DNA of 32,000 nt from an uncultured Alistipes sp. (GTDB lineage: Bacteria > Bacteroidota > Bacteroidia > Bacteroidales > Rikenellaceae), in assembly GCF_963931675.1 (NCBI RefSeq), contig NZ_OZ007039.1, positions 497,657 through 529,656 of the forward strand, given 5' to 3'. Under the pieces are notes generated by a model. That model was not told the DNA's origin and did not search any database. It was given only the letters and a program-made list of their open reading frames with translations. Numbering within the stretch: position 1 is the first letter of the stretch; each line of letters opens with the position of its first letter. Below, piece by piece: positions 10,194-19,450 of this stretch. Position numbers and translations under genes: made by a program.

Positions 10194-13100
10194 TTACTCC
10201 AATTTCACCGAGAGGGCCAGACCGCGCAGTTCGTGCAGCAGGACGTTCATGGCCTCGGGGATACCGGGTTTCGGGAGGTTTTCGCCCTTGACGATCGCCT
10301 CATAGGCCTTGGCGCGTCCCATGACGTCGTCGGACTTGATCGTCAGGATCTCCTGCAAGATGTTGGCGGCACCGAATCCTTCGAGCGCCCAGACCTCCAT
10401 CTCACCGAAACGCTGGCCGCCGAACTGGGCCTTACCGCCGAGGGGCTGCTGCGTGATGAGCGAGTAGGGGCCGATCGAACGGGCGTGCATCTTGTCGTCG
10501 ATCATGTGCCCGAGCTTGAGCATGTAGATCACGCCGACCGTAGCAGGCTGGTCGAACTTCTCGCCCGTACCGCCGTCGTAGAGGTACGTGCGGCCGCTGT
10601 GCGGGAGCCCGGCCTGCGCGGTGTACTCGTTGATCTGGTCGAGCGAGGCTCCGTCGAAGATCGGGGTGGCGAATTTCAGTCCGAGTTCGCGTCCGGCCCA
10701 ACCGAGGACGGTTTCGTAGATCTGCCCGAGATTCATACGCGAAGGCACACCCAGCGGGTTCAGACAGATGTCGACGATCGTACCGTCTTCGAGGAACGGC
10801 ATGTCCTCGTCGCGCACGACCTTGGCCACGATACCCTTGTTGCCGTGACGTCCGGCCATCTTGTCACCGACCTTCAGCTTGCGCTTCTTGGCGATGTAGA
10901 CCTTGGCCATCTGGATGACGCCCGTCTGGGGGAGTTCGTCACCGTTCGTGAGGTTGTACTTCTCGCGCTTGATGGCGGCGTCGGCCTTCTTCCACTCAAT
11001 CGTGTAGTTGTTGACCGTGGCCTCGATGAGCCCGTCGACATGGGCGTCGCCGGTCCAGTTGCAGGTCCCGAGGTTGAGATAACCCATCTCGACGCCGGTC
11101 TTCTCGTCGGCCGACTTGCGGGCGATCTCCTCGAGCATCTTCTGCGAGAACTTCGTCCCCGCGGGATAGAGCTCTACGCCGAAGTAGTCCGCAATGCCCG
11201 TGGTGGTCTTGCCCTGGAGCAGCGTCCAGAGTTTGCCGACGAGGCGTTTGGTCAGTTCGGCGATCTCGGCTGCGAACTTCTCGTCGAGTTTGTCGAGCTG
11301 GGCCTTTTCGGCGCTCTTGCTCTTCTTGCCCTCCTTGTTGGCGCGGCTGTAGAGCTTGGTGTCGATCACCACGCCGTGCAGCGAAGGCTGTGCCTTGAGC
11401 GAAGCATCCTTCACGTCGCCGGCCTTGTCGCCGAAGATCGCGCGCAGGAGCTTCTCCTCGGGCGAGGGATCGCTCTCGCCCTTCGGGGTGATCTTACCGA
11501 TGAGGATGTCTCCCGGATGGATGTTGGCGCCGATGCGGACGATACCGTTTGCATCGAGGTCCTTCGTGGCGTCCTCCGAGACGTTCGGAATATCGGACGT
11601 CAGCTCCTCGACACCGCGTTTCGTGTCGCGCACCTCCATGATGTACTCGTCGACGTGCACCGACGTGAAAATATCCTCACGCTGGATACGCTCCGAAATC
11701 ACGATGGCGTCCTCGAAGTTGTAACCCTTCCAGGGCATGAAGGCCACCTTGAGGTTGCGGCCCAGAGCCAGCTCGCCGTGCTGCGTCGAGTAGCCTTCGG
11801 TGAGGATCTGACCCTTGGTCACGTGGTCGCCCGTGAGGACCGTCGGCTTCAGGGTCACCGAGGTGTTCTGGTTCGTCCGGCGGTAACGGGGCAGTTCGTA
11901 GGTCGTAATCTCGGGTGCGAACGAGGTGAGGATCTCGTCCTCCGAGCGCTCGTACCTAATCTGGATCTTCGTGGCATCGGCGAAGACCACCTCGCCGTCA
12001 CCTTCGGCCACAATCTGGATGCGGCTGTCGGAGATCATGTCCTTCTCGATACCCGTGCCGACGATCGGGGCTTCGCAGGTTACCAGGGGCACGGCCTGGC
12101 GCATCATGTTCGAACCCATCAGGGCACGGTTTGCGTCGTCGTGCTCCAGGAAGGGGATCAGGCTGGCGGCGATCGAGGCGATCTGGTTCGGGGCGACGTC
12201 CATGAGGTTGACCTCGCTGGCGGTCACCACGGGGAAATCGGCACCTTCCCGCGCCTTGACACGGTCGGGCTCCAGGAACGAGCCGTCGTCACCGAGCGGG
12301 ACGTTCGACTGAGCGACGATCTTGCCCTCCTCCTCCTCGGCCGAGTAGTAGCGGATGTGGGAGTTGTCGAGGTCGACCTTTCCGTTCTCGACGGTGCGGT
12401 ACGGGGTCTCGATGAATCCCATCGGGGAGATGCGTGCATAGACGCACAGCGAGGAGATCAGACCGATGTTCGGGCCTTCGGGCGACTCGATCGGGCAGAG
12501 ACGTCCGTAATGGGTATAGTGCACGTCGCGGACCTCGAAACCGGCGCGGTCACGCGACAGACCGCCGGGGCCGAGTGCCGAGAGGCGGCGCTTGTGCGTG
12601 ATTTCGGCCAGGGGGTTGATCTGGTCCATGAACTGCGAGAGCTGCGAGGTCCCGAAGAAGGAGTTGATCACCGACGAGAGGGTCTTGGCGTTGATCAGGT
12701 CCACCGGGGTGAATACCTCGTTGTCGCGGACGTTCATGCGTTCGCGGATCGTCCGAGCCATGCGCACGAACCCGACCGAGAACTGGTTCGAGAGCTGCTC
12801 GCCGACCGTACGCACGCGACGGTTCGACAAGTGGTCAATATCGTCGACGTCGGCCTTGGAGTTGATCAGCTGGATCAGGTACTTGATGATGGCGATGATG
12901 TCCTCGCGGGCCAACGTGCGAATAGCCGGATCGATGTCCAGATCCAGCTTCTTGTTGATGCGGTAACGTCCGACATCGCCCAGGTCGTAACGCTTGTCGG
13001 AGAAGAAGAGCTTCTCGATGACGTCGCGGGCAGTGGCCTCATCGGGCGGTTCCGAAGCGCGCAACTGCCTGTAAATGTAAACTACGGCCTCTTTTTCCGA

Positions 13101-14054
13101 GTTGCAGGGGTCCTTCTGGAGGGTGTTGTAGATGATCGAGAAGTCGATACCCGAAAGGTTCTCCTTGTGGAGGAGGATGGTCTTGGCACCGCTTTCGATG
13201 ATCTGGTCGATATGCTCCTCTTCGAGCACGGTCTCACGGTCGACGATGACGTTGTTACGCTCGATGGAGACGACCTCGCCGGTATCCTCGTCGACGAAGT
13301 CCTCGACCCAGGTCGAGAGGACACGAGCGGCGAGTTTGCGCCCCACGGCCTTCTTGAGCGTGGCCTTGGAGACCTTGATCTCGTCCGCGAGGTCGAAGAT
13401 TTCGAGGATCTGCTGGTCGGCCTCGTAGCCGATGGCGCGCAGCAGGGTCGTCACGGGCAGCTTCTTCTTGCGGTCGATGTAGGCGTACATCACGTTGTTG
13501 ATGTCCGTTGCGAACTCGATCCACGAACCCTTGAAGGGGATGATACGTGCCGAATAGAGTTTCGTACCGTTTGTGTGCATACTCTGCCCGAAGAAGACGC
13601 CGGGCGAGCGGTGCAGCTGGGAGACGATGACGCGCTCGGCACCGTTGATGACGAACGTACCGCGTTCGGTCATGTAGGGAATCGTCCCGAAATAGACGTC
13701 CTGAACGACGACTCCGAAATCCTCGTGTTCATCGTCCGTGCAGTAAAGTTTCAGCTTGGCCTTGAGGGGGACGCTGTATGTCAAGCCGCGCTCCAGACAC
13801 TCCTCGATCGAGTAGCGGGGCGGGTCGATATAGTAGTCGATAAACTCCAGAACGAAATTGTTCCGGGTATCCGTAATGGGGAAATTTTCCTGAAAGACCT
13901 TGTAAAGGCCCTCGTTCTTACGGTTTTCGGCCGTGGTGTCCATCTGGAAAAAGTCCCGGAATGATTTAAGCTGCACCTCCAGCAGATCGGGATAGGGAAC
14001 CCGGTTCTTGATGGAGGAGAAGCTAATTCTCTGTTGTGATTTTGCTGCGGACAT
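10194..14054 (-). CDS. rpoB: DNA-directed RNA polymerase subunit beta
   Basis: Start chosen at [32 protein letters not shown], which matches typical Bacteroidales RpoB N-termini. [13 protein letters not shown] and [14 protein letters not shown] motifs are present. The 44 extra upstream codons in ORF 10194..14186 are discounted. Confidence 0.95.
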   Translation of the reverse strand: MSAAKSQQRISFSSIKNRVPYPDLLEVQLKSFRDFFQMDTTAENRKNEGLYKVFQENFPITDTRNNFVLEFIDYYIDPPRYSIEECLERGLTYSVPLKAKLKLYCTDDEHEDFGVVVQDVYFGTIPYMTERGTFVINGAERVIVSQLHRSPGVFFGQSMHTNGTKLYSARIIPFKGSWIEFATDINNVMYAYIDRKKKLPVTTLLRAIGYEADQQILEIFDLADEIKVSKATLKKAVGRKLAARVLSTWVEDFVDEDTGEVVSIERNNVIVDRETVLEEEHIDQIIESGAKTILLHKENLSGIDFSIIYNTLQKDPCNSEKEAVVYIYRQLRASEPPDEATARDVIEKLFFSDKRYDLGDVGRYRINKKLDLDIDPAIRTLAREDIIAIIKYLIQLINSKADVDDIDHLSNRRVRTVGEQLSNQFSVGFVRMARTIRERMNVRDNEVFTPVDLINAKTLSSVINSFFGTSQLSQFMDQINPLAEITHKRRLSALGPGGLSRDRAGFEVRDVHYTHYGRLCPIESPEGPNIGLISSLCVYARISPMGFIETPYRTVENGKVDLDNSHIRYYSAEEEEGKIVAQSNVPLGDDGSFLEPDRVKAREGADFPVVTASEVNLMDVAPNQIASIAASLIPFLEHDDANRALMGSNMMRQAVPLVTCEAPIVGTGIEKDMISDSRIQIVAEGDGEVVFADATKIQIRYERSEDEILTSFAPEITTYELPRYRRTNQNTSVTLKPTVLTGDHVTKGQILTEGYSTQHGELALGRNLKVAFMPWKGYNFEDAIVISERIQREDIFTSVHVDEYIMEVRDTKRGVEELTSDIPNVSEDATKDLDANGIVRIGANIHPGDILIGKITPKGESDPSPEEKLLRAIFGDKAGDVKDASLKAQPSLHGVVIDTKLYSRANKEGKKSKSAEKAQLDKLDEKFAAEIAELTKRLVGKLWTLLQGKTTTGIADYFGVELYPAGTKFSQKMLEEIARKSADEKTGVEMGYLNLGTCNWTGDAHVDGLIEATVNNYTIEWKKADAAIKREKYNLTNGDELPQTGVIQMAKVYIAKKRKLKVGDKMAGRHGNKGIVAKVVRDEDMPFLEDGTIVDICLNPLGVPSRMNLGQIYETVLGWAGRELGLKFATPIFDGASLDQINEYTAQAGLPHSGRTYLYDGGTGEKFDQPATVGVIYMLKLGHMIDDKMHARSIGPYSLITQQPLGGKAQFGGQRFGEMEVWALEGFGAANILQEILTIKSDDVMGRAKAYEAIVKGENLPKPGIPEAMNVLLHELRGLALSVKLE

Positions 14055-14292
14055 CGTAGAAATCCAAATTAGTTGAGTAGTGATGGGGTTCCGGCCCCAA
14101 AATGTCCGGGGGTAATAATCCCGGCAATGCTCCCGCAAAAAGGCAAACCGCGCCCGGGGAGCATTCATCCGCCAAAGACCGGACACAGCTCCTGCTCGGC
14201 ACTTCCAGTCTTTAGACCAAGAAAAGGCATAGAGCCTACACCGTGGTAAGCCCTATACCTGTTCGTGATTTATCGCGGCTTAAGCAGCAATG

Positions 14293-14670
14293 CTACTTGA
14301 GCTCAACTTCAGCACCTGCCTCTTCGAGCTGGCCTTTGATCTGCTCAGCCTCCTCCTTGGAAACGCCCTCTTTCACAGCCTTGGGCGCACCGTCAACGAG
14401 AGCCTTGGCATCACCGAGCGAGAGGCCGGCGATATCCTTCACAGCCTTGATAACCTGGAGTTTGGCCTGGCCGGCGTTCTTCAGGATCACATCGAACGTC
14501 GATTTCTCGGCGGCAGCGGCCTCACCGGCACCTGCAGCGGGAGCTGCGACAGCGACAGCGGCAGCAGCCGGCTCAATGCCATACTCCTCCTTGAGGATCT
14601 GAGCGAGTTCGTTAACCTCGGTAACCTTCAGGTTTACCAGTTCTTCAGCGAGTTTCTTTACGTCTGCCAT
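14293..14670 (-). CDS. rplL: 50S ribosomal protein L7/L12
   Basis: 125 aa with an Ala-rich hinge ([21 protein letters not shown]) and C-terminal [26 protein letters not shown]. Confidence 0.97.
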   Translation of the reverse strand: MADVKKLAEELVNLKVTEVNELAQILKEEYGIEPAAAAVAVAAPAAGAGEAAAAEKSTFDVILKNAGQAKLQVIKAVKDIAGLSLGDAKALVDGAPKAVKEGVSKEEAEQIKGQLEEAGAEVELK

Positions 14671-14712
14671 AATTGTAAGCTTATTAATTTGTTTTAGATT
14701 CTTGTTTGTGAA

Positions 14713-15237
14713 TTAGTTGTTTCTCGATTCGAGCGTCTTCACGAGGCCCGCAATCTTTTGGCCTGCATTAGCCTGCAGTGCGGAAATAACATTCTTGGCC
14801 GGGGACTGCAGCAGAGCGATAACGTCTGCGATGAGTTCCTCCTTGCTCTTGATGTTGCAGAGGGTGTCCAGTTGGTTGTCTCCGACATAGACGCAACCCT
14901 CGGCGAAAGCTGCCTTGAGAACGGGTTTGTCGGATTTCTTGCGGAACTCCTTGATCAACACCGCGGGGGCTTTGGCCACGTTGGCGAACATGATCGAGGT
15001 GGGACCCTCCAGAACTTTTACCAGATCAGCGTCGGCCTTATCCACCTTTTCGAGGGCTTTGCCCAGGAGGGTGTTCTTGACGACCACCAGTTTGACATCG
15101 CTTTCGAAGCACTTGCGGCGCAGGGCAGCGGTCTGCTCGGCGTTGAGCGTAGCAATATCGGCGATGTAGAAGTGAGGATAAGCCTGGAGCTGCTCGGCGA
15201 GGCTGTTGATTACAACCAGTTTTTCTTCCTTAGTCAT
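14713..15237 (-). CDS. rplJ: 50S ribosomal protein L10
   Basis: 174 aa. Sits between rplA and rplL and has an L10-like sequence (LRRKCFESDVKLVVVKNTL). Confidence 0.93.
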   Translation of the reverse strand: MTKEEKLVVINSLAEQLQAYPHFYIADIATLNAEQTAALRRKCFESDVKLVVVKNTLLGKALEKVDKADADLVKVLEGPTSIMFANVAKAPAVLIKEFRKKSDKPVLKAAFAEGCVYVGDNQLDTLCNIKSKEELIADVIALLQSPAKNVISALQANAGQKIAGLVKTLESRNN

Positions 15238-15254
15238 CTTCTGTTATCCTCCTG

Positions 15255-15953
15255 TTATTTGGTTTCTACTGATTTGGCATCGATCTGCACACCGGGACTC
15301 ATGGTGGTCGAGAGGTAGATACTCTTCACATAAGAACCTTTGGCGGCAGCGGGTTTGAGTTTGATGATCGTGCTGAGCACCTCCCTGGCATTGTCAACGA
15401 TCTGCTCTGCAGTGAACGACACCTTACCCACCGTCGTGTGGATGATACCGAACTTGTCGACCTTGAAGTCGATCTTACCGGCCTTGACTTCGGTCACGGC
15501 CTTGCCGACCTCCATGGTTACCGTACCGGTTTTGGGGTTCGGCATCAGGCCGCGGGGACCGAGGATACGGCCCAGGGCACCGACCTTGCCCATCACGTTG
15601 GGGGTACAGATAATCACATCGACGTCGGTCCAACCGCCCTTGATTTTGTCGACGAACTCGTCCAGTCCGACGAAATCAGCACCGGCAGCTTTTGCTTCGG
15701 CCTCTTTCTCGGGGGTGCAGAGCACCAGGACGCGGACGGTTTTACCCGTACCGTGGGGGAGCGTAACGACACCGCGGACCATCTGATTGGCCTTGCGGGG
15801 GTCGACGCCCAGACGTACGTCAATATCAACGGAAGCGTCGAATTTCGTGAACGTAATTTCCTTCAGAAGAGCGGCAGCCTCCGAAAGTTTGTAAGCCTTT
15901 CCGGCTTCCACCTTGGCGTAGGCGATCTTTTGATTCTTTGTCAACTTACTCAT
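15255..15953 (-). CDS. rplA: 50S ribosomal protein L1
   Basis: 232 aa with L1 motifs: [30 protein letters not shown] and [16 protein letters not shown]. Confidence 0.97.
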   Translation of the reverse strand: MSKLTKNQKIAYAKVEAGKAYKLSEAAALLKEITFTKFDASVDIDVRLGVDPRKANQMVRGVVTLPHGTGKTVRVLVLCTPEKEAEAKAAGADFVGLDEFVDKIKGGWTDVDVIICTPNVMGKVGALGRILGPRGLMPNPKTGTVTMEVGKAVTEVKAGKIDFKVDKFGIIHTTVGKVSFTAEQIVDNAREVLSTIIKLKPAAAKGSYVKSIYLSTTMSPGVQIDAKSVETK

Positions 15954-15965
15954 CTTCTTCTGTCA

Positions 15966-16406
15966 TTACAAGTTAGGAAATTCACCGACGACACTGATAC
16001 CCATACTGCGGGCCGTACCGGCTACCATGCGCATAGCGGACTCCAGGGTGAAGCAGTTCATGTCGGACATTTTGTCCTGGGCGATTTCCCGGATTTGGTC
16101 CCACGTCACCTGACCGACCTTGCTGCGGTTGGGCTGAGCGGAACCGCTCTGTACTTTTGCTGCTTCCTTGAGCTGGATTGCTACGGGCGGCTGTTTTACA
16201 ACGAACTCGAAGGACTTGTCGCTGTAGACGGTGATGATGACCGGAAGAACCTTACCCGCCTTGTCCTGGGTACGGGCGTTGAATTGCTTGCAGAAGTCCA
16301 TGATATTGACTCCCTTGGAACCCAACGCGGGACCAACCGGGGGCGAAGGATTGGCGGCACCACCTTTGATCTGCAATTTAATAAATGCAGCAACCTCTTT
16401 TGCCAT
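15966..16406 (-). CDS. rplK: 50S ribosomal protein L11
   Basis: 146 aa with the L11 signature [21 protein letters not shown]. Confidence 0.97.
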   Translation of the reverse strand: MAKEVAAFIKLQIKGGAANPSPPVGPALGSKGVNIMDFCKQFNARTQDKAGKVLPVIITVYSDKSFEFVVKQPPVAIQLKEAAKVQSGSAQPNRSKVGQVTWDQIREIAQDKMSDMNCFTLESAMRMVAGTARSMGISVVGEFPNL

Positions 16407-16422
16407 AGTTTTCCTTGGTTAA

Positions 16423-16983
16423 TTATTCTTTTTCTACTTGAGTGAAACCCAACTCCATAGGAGTTTTGCGCCCGAATATCTTCACCGATACCGTGAGTTT
16501 CTTGCGCTCGTTGTCGACTGCCTCGATAGTACCTTGGAAGCTCGAGAAAGGACCGTCCGTAACCTTGACGGTCTCGCCGACAAAGAAAGGTATTTCGTTT
16601 TCCTCCTCCATGGCGTTCATTTCATCGACGCGGCCGAGGATGCGCGCGACCTCCTGTGGACGGAGAGGTGTAGCGATCATCTTGCGGCTGTCCTCTTTGG
16701 TATCGCCGAGGAAACCCAGCACATTGGGAGTATTCCGAATCAGAATGGGGATCTGTCCTACGAAAGCCGCCTCCACCAGGACATAACCGGGGTAAGAAAC
16801 CTTCTCTTTGGAAACTTTCTTGCCGTTGCGGATGGTATAGACCTTTTCGGTGGGGATCAGCACCTGGGAGATGTAGTCTTCGAGGTGGTTGTGGCGGACT
16901 TCGGCTTCGATGTACTCTTTGACCTTAGCCTCCTTTCCGCCGATAGCCCGGACTACATACCACTGTTTTTTAATTTCGCTCAT
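16423..16983 (-). CDS. nusG: Transcription termination/antitermination factor NusG
   Basis: 186 aa with N-terminal WYVVRAIGGKEAKV (NGN domain) and a C-terminal KOW region (GETVKVTDGPFSSFQGTIEAV). Confidence 0.95.
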   Translation of the reverse strand: MSEIKKQWYVVRAIGGKEAKVKEYIEAEVRHNHLEDYISQVLIPTEKVYTIRNGKKVSKEKVSYPGYVLVEAAFVGQIPILIRNTPNVLGFLGDTKEDSRKMIATPLRPQEVARILGRVDEMNAMEEENEIPFFVGETVKVTDGPFSSFQGTIEAVDNERKKLTVSVKIFGRKTPMELGFTQVEKE

Positions 16984-16999
16984 TTCTCACGACAGACAA

Positions 17000-17197
17000 T
17001 TATCGCCCGAGATTACCCAGGGTCTTGTAGATGACGGCCATGAGGTTCTCGAACGTAAGGTCCATAGCCAGGACGACAATGGCGAAGATGACCGAAGCCA
17101 CCATCACGACGATCGTAGAGCTTTGGAGCTGCGGGAACGTGGGCCACGTCACCTTGTTGACAAGCTCGTTGTAGGACTCTTTAAAGTAGTTGAACAT
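17000..17197 (-). CDS. secE: Preprotein translocase subunit SecE
   Basis: 65 aa with a single C-terminal TM segment. Motif ELVNKVTWPT. Occupies the conserved position between tRNA-Trp and nusG. Confidence 0.9.
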   Translation of the reverse strand: MFNYFKESYNELVNKVTWPTFPQLQSSTIVVMVASVIFAIVVLAMDLTFENLMAVIYKTLGNLGR

Positions 17198-17217
17198 AAT
17201 ACCTTAAACTTTTGCTT

Positions 17218-17291
17218 TGGCAGGAGCAGAGAGATTCGAACTCCCATCAACGGTTTTGGAGACCGCTATTCTACCCTTGAACTATGCTCCT
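17218..17291 (-). tRNA. tRNA-Trp (anticodon CCA), CCA encoded
   Basis: Reverse complement AGGAGCATAGTTCAAGGGTAGAATAGCGGTCTCCAAAACCGTTGATGGGAGTTCGAATCTCTCTGCTCCTGCCA folds as a cloverleaf with anticodon loop CTCCAAA. Confidence 0.92.
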
Positions 17292-17292
17292 G

Positions 17293-17321
17293 AAAAGAGG
17301 CGGTGTGCGGAACACCGCCTC
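17293..17321 (-). terminator. Hairpin plus U4 between tuf and tRNA-Trp
   Basis: On the minus strand, GAGGCGGTG-ttccgca-CACCGCCTC is followed by TTTT. The U-tract ends 1 nt before the tRNA-Trp 5' end. Confidence 0.55.
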
Positions 17322-17343
17322 GGGGTATTGGGTTGATCAGACC

Positions 17344-18531
17344 TTATTTCACGATCTTGAGGATCTGACCGGCACCTACCGTACGGCCACCCTCGCGGAT
17401 TGCGAAACGCAGACCCTCGTTCAGGGCTACCGGGTAGATCAGCTTCACGGTGATGGTCACGTGGTCGCCGGGCATTACCATGTCGACGCCTGCGGGCAGG
17501 TGAACCTCACCGGTTACGTCCATCGTACGCAGATAGAACTGGGGACGATAGTTGTTGTGGAACGGCGTGTGACGGCCACCCTCCTCTTTCTTCAGGATGT
17601 AGACCTCGGCCTCGAACTCGGTGTGCGGGGTGATCGAACCGGGCTTGGCAACGACCATACCACGCTTAACCTCCTTCTTGTCGATACCACGGAGCAGCAG
17701 ACCTACGTTGTCGCCGGCCTCACCCTCATCGAGCAGTTTGCGGAACATCTCGACGCCGGTGCAGGTCGAAGTCAGGGTCTTCTCCTCCAGACCGATGATC
17801 TCGACGGGATCACCCACGTGGATGATACCGGTCTCGATACGGCCCGTTACGACGGTACCACGGCCGGTGATCGAGAAGACGTCCTCGATAGGCATCAGGA
17901 AGGGCTTCTCGTTGTCGCGCTGCGGCAGGGGGATATAGGTATCTACGGCATCCATGAGTTCCATGACCTTCTCCTCCCACTTGGCCTCGCCATTGAGGGC
18001 GCCGAGGGCGGAACCGCGGATCACGGGAGCGTTGTCACCGTCGTAGTCGTACTTCGAGAGCAGGTCGCGGACCTCCATCTCGACCAGGTCGAGCATTTCG
18101 GGGTCGTCTACCATGTCGCACTTGTTCAGGAACACGACGATCTTCGGCACGTTCACCTGACGGGCGAGCAGCACGTGCTCGTTGGTCTGGGGCATCGGAC
18201 CGTCGGTAGCGGCAACAACCAGGATGGCACCGTCCATCTGAGCGGCACCGGTAACCATGTTCTTCACATAGTCGGCGTGTCCCGGGCAGTCTACGTGAGC
18301 GTAGTGGCGGTTGGCCGTCTGATACTCGACATGGGCGGTGTTGATCGTGATACCGCGCTCTTTCTCCTCGGGAGCGTTGTCGATGGAGTCGAAGGAACGG
18401 AGCTCCGAAAGACCCTGCTTAGCCAGAACGGTCGTGATAGCAGCGGTAAGGGTGGTCTTACCGTGGTCAACGTGACCGATGGTACCGATGTTTACGTGCG
18501 GTTTCGACCGGTCGAATTTTTCTTTTGCCAT
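17344..18531 (-). CDS. tuf: Elongation factor Tu
   Basis: 395 aa with [18 protein letters not shown] and NKCD GTPase motifs. Confidence 0.99.
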   Translation of the reverse strand: MAKEKFDRSKPHVNIGTIGHVDHGKTTLTAAITTVLAKQGLSELRSFDSIDNAPEEKERGITINTAHVEYQTANRHYAHVDCPGHADYVKNMVTGAAQMDGAILVVAATDGPMPQTNEHVLLARQVNVPKIVVFLNKCDMVDDPEMLDLVEMEVRDLLSKYDYDGDNAPVIRGSALGALNGEAKWEEKVMELMDAVDTYIPLPQRDNEKPFLMPIEDVFSITGRGTVVTGRIETGIIHVGDPVEIIGLEEKTLTSTCTGVEMFRKLLDEGEAGDNVGLLLRGIDKKEVKRGMVVAKPGSITPHTEFEAEVYILKKEEGGRHTPFHNNYRPQFYLRTMDVTGEVHLPAGVDMVMPGDHVTITVKLIYPVALNEGLRFAIREGGRTVGAGQILKIVK

Positions 18532-18612
18532 AGTATTAAATATTAAGTATTGTTAAAAACTACTTCCAAGTTTTAAAATCCATTCGTTTCAATCCGCAAG
18601 ACAAGCGGGCGA

Positions 18613-18647
18613 CACAAATCTCCGGTCTTGGAACCGGAGTTTTTGTA
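18613..18647 (-). other. Extended stem-loop between tRNA-Gly and tuf, where a fourth tRNA is usually found
   Basis: Core CTCCGG (18620-18625) pairs with CCGGAG (18634-18639) around an 8-nt loop. It is flanked by imperfectly complementary A-rich and T-rich arms. No cloverleaf or T-loop motif occurs in 18532-18664. Confidence 0.4.
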
Positions 18648-18664
18648 TCACACGCTGCGTGCGT

Positions 18665-18740
18665 TGGAGCGGAAGACGAGGCTCAAACTCGCGACCCTCA
18701 GCTTGGAAGGCTGATGCTCTATCAACTGAGCTACTTCCGC
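18665..18740 (-). tRNA. tRNA-Gly (anticodon TCC), CCA encoded
   Basis: Reverse complement GCGGAAGTAGCTCAGTTGATAGAGCATCAGCCTTCCAAGCTGAGGGTCGCGAGTTTGAGCCTCGTCTTCCGCTCCA. Anticodon loop CTTCCAA. Confidence 0.92.
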
Positions 18741-18840
18741 AAAAACATACCGTATCGGAGTGAGTGCCTGTTCGTGGGAAGCGCGGGGAAGGGATTAACG
18801 ATCCGGGGCTTCGCATTTTGCCGTTCCGACCGGTTTTCAG

Positions 18841-18923
18841 TGGGAAGTGATGGATTCGAACCACCGAAGGCGTACGCCAGCAGATTTACAGTCTGCCCCA
18901 TTTGGCCACTCTGGTAACTTCCC
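18841..18923 (-). tRNA. tRNA-Tyr (anticodon GTA), long variable arm, CCA not encoded
   Basis: Reverse complement GGGAAGTTACCAGAGTGGCCAAATGGGGCAGACTGTAAATCTGCTGGCGTACGCCTTCGGTGGTTCGAATCCATCACTTCCCA. Anticodon loop CTGTAAA. Confidence 0.9.
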
Positions 18924-18994
18924 GTTTTTGAGGATCTTTCGATCCACGGCGCCGACCGCATCAGTTGTCCGAGTGACCCCGGGGTCGGCATCCG

Positions 18995-19068
18995 AGCCGA
19001 TGGAGGGATTCGAACCCACGACCAGCTGATTACAAATCAGCTGCTCTGGCCAACTGAGCTACATCGGC
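18995..19068 (-). tRNA. tRNA-Thr (anticodon TGT), CCA not encoded
   Basis: Reverse complement GCCGATGTAGCTCAGTTGGCCAGAGCAGCTGATTTGTAATCAGCTGGTCGTGGGTTCGAATCCCTCCATCGGCT. Anticodon loop TTTGTAA. Confidence 0.92.
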
Positions 19069-19090
19069 AATTATTCACCGTTTTGGATTG

Positions 19091-19122
19091 CAAAAGTAGG
19101 CATAAAAAATTTATCGGCCAAA
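19091..19122 (-). promoter_or_regulatory. Bacteroidetes-type promoter for the tRNA-Thr/Tyr/Gly(-tuf) unit
   Basis: On the minus strand, TTTG (19122-19119), a 20-nt spacer, then TACTTTTG (19098-19091). It ends 22 nt upstream of the tRNA-Thr 5' end. Confidence 0.55.
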
Positions 19123-19326
19123 TAAAAGCGGGATAAATTTTTCATTTTTTCACTCTTCTCAAAGAACGGCGCCCGATCGTCGAGACTTCAGGGGCGAAAT
19201 CGGGTGCAAAGATAGGAAAAGTTTTGGATAACGCAACAGGTTCCGCAAAAAATATCATCATTCGGAGCCACAACCGTCACGGGACGGACCGAGGTGGCGT
19301 TTTCACCGGTTTTCACCAACTCATCA

Positions 19327-19383
19327 CCCCCCCCCTTCTCCTCCTCCTCTTCCCTTCTTGCCTCCTCTCCTTCTCCCCCCCCC
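19327..19383 (+). repeat. C9 - 39-nt polypyrimidine - C9 (G9-polypurine-G9 on the minus strand)
   Basis: C runs of exactly 9 at 19327-19335 and 19375-19383. The intervening 39 nt are all C/T except one G at 19360. The pyrimidine tract continues to 19389. Confidence 0.7.
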
Positions 19384-19389
19384 TCTCTC

Positions 19390-19422
19390 AAAAAAAGCGG
19401 ATCCGCCCCACCGGCCGGACCC
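19390..19422 (-). terminator. Candidate terminator after the AraC-family gene
   Basis: On the minus strand, GGGTCC...GGATCC (with a G-U pair that exists only in the minus-strand RNA), then GC and U7. Confidence 0.4.
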
Positions 19423-19450
19423 ACACATCCAATCGCTCAGGACGAAACCC

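Noticed and set aside
10233-13964. 1,243-aa ORF antisense to rpoB
   Set aside because: Same codon-aligned antisense artefact as for rpoC. There is no independent signal.
17284-18546. 420-aa ORF antisense to tuf, also running across tRNA-Trp
   Set aside because: A codon-aligned antisense artefact of a highly biased gene. It overlaps a tRNA gene and a terminator.
19207-19214. Second promoter (minus-strand TATCTTTG) upstream of the tRNA cluster, and a 24-codon ORF MKNLSRFYLADKFFMPTFAIQNGE downstream of it
   Set aside because: The box has no -33 TTTG at the right spacing. The mini-ORF overlaps the better tRNA promoter and has no supporting features. It is noted in a finding only as context.
19188-19424. 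78-aa minus-strand ORF with a Gly/Glu-rich stretch (GGGEGEEARREEEEEKGGG)
   Set aside because: It is merely the translation of the G9-polypurine-G9 tract. It spans a terminator and a promoter-like box and has no coding signature.
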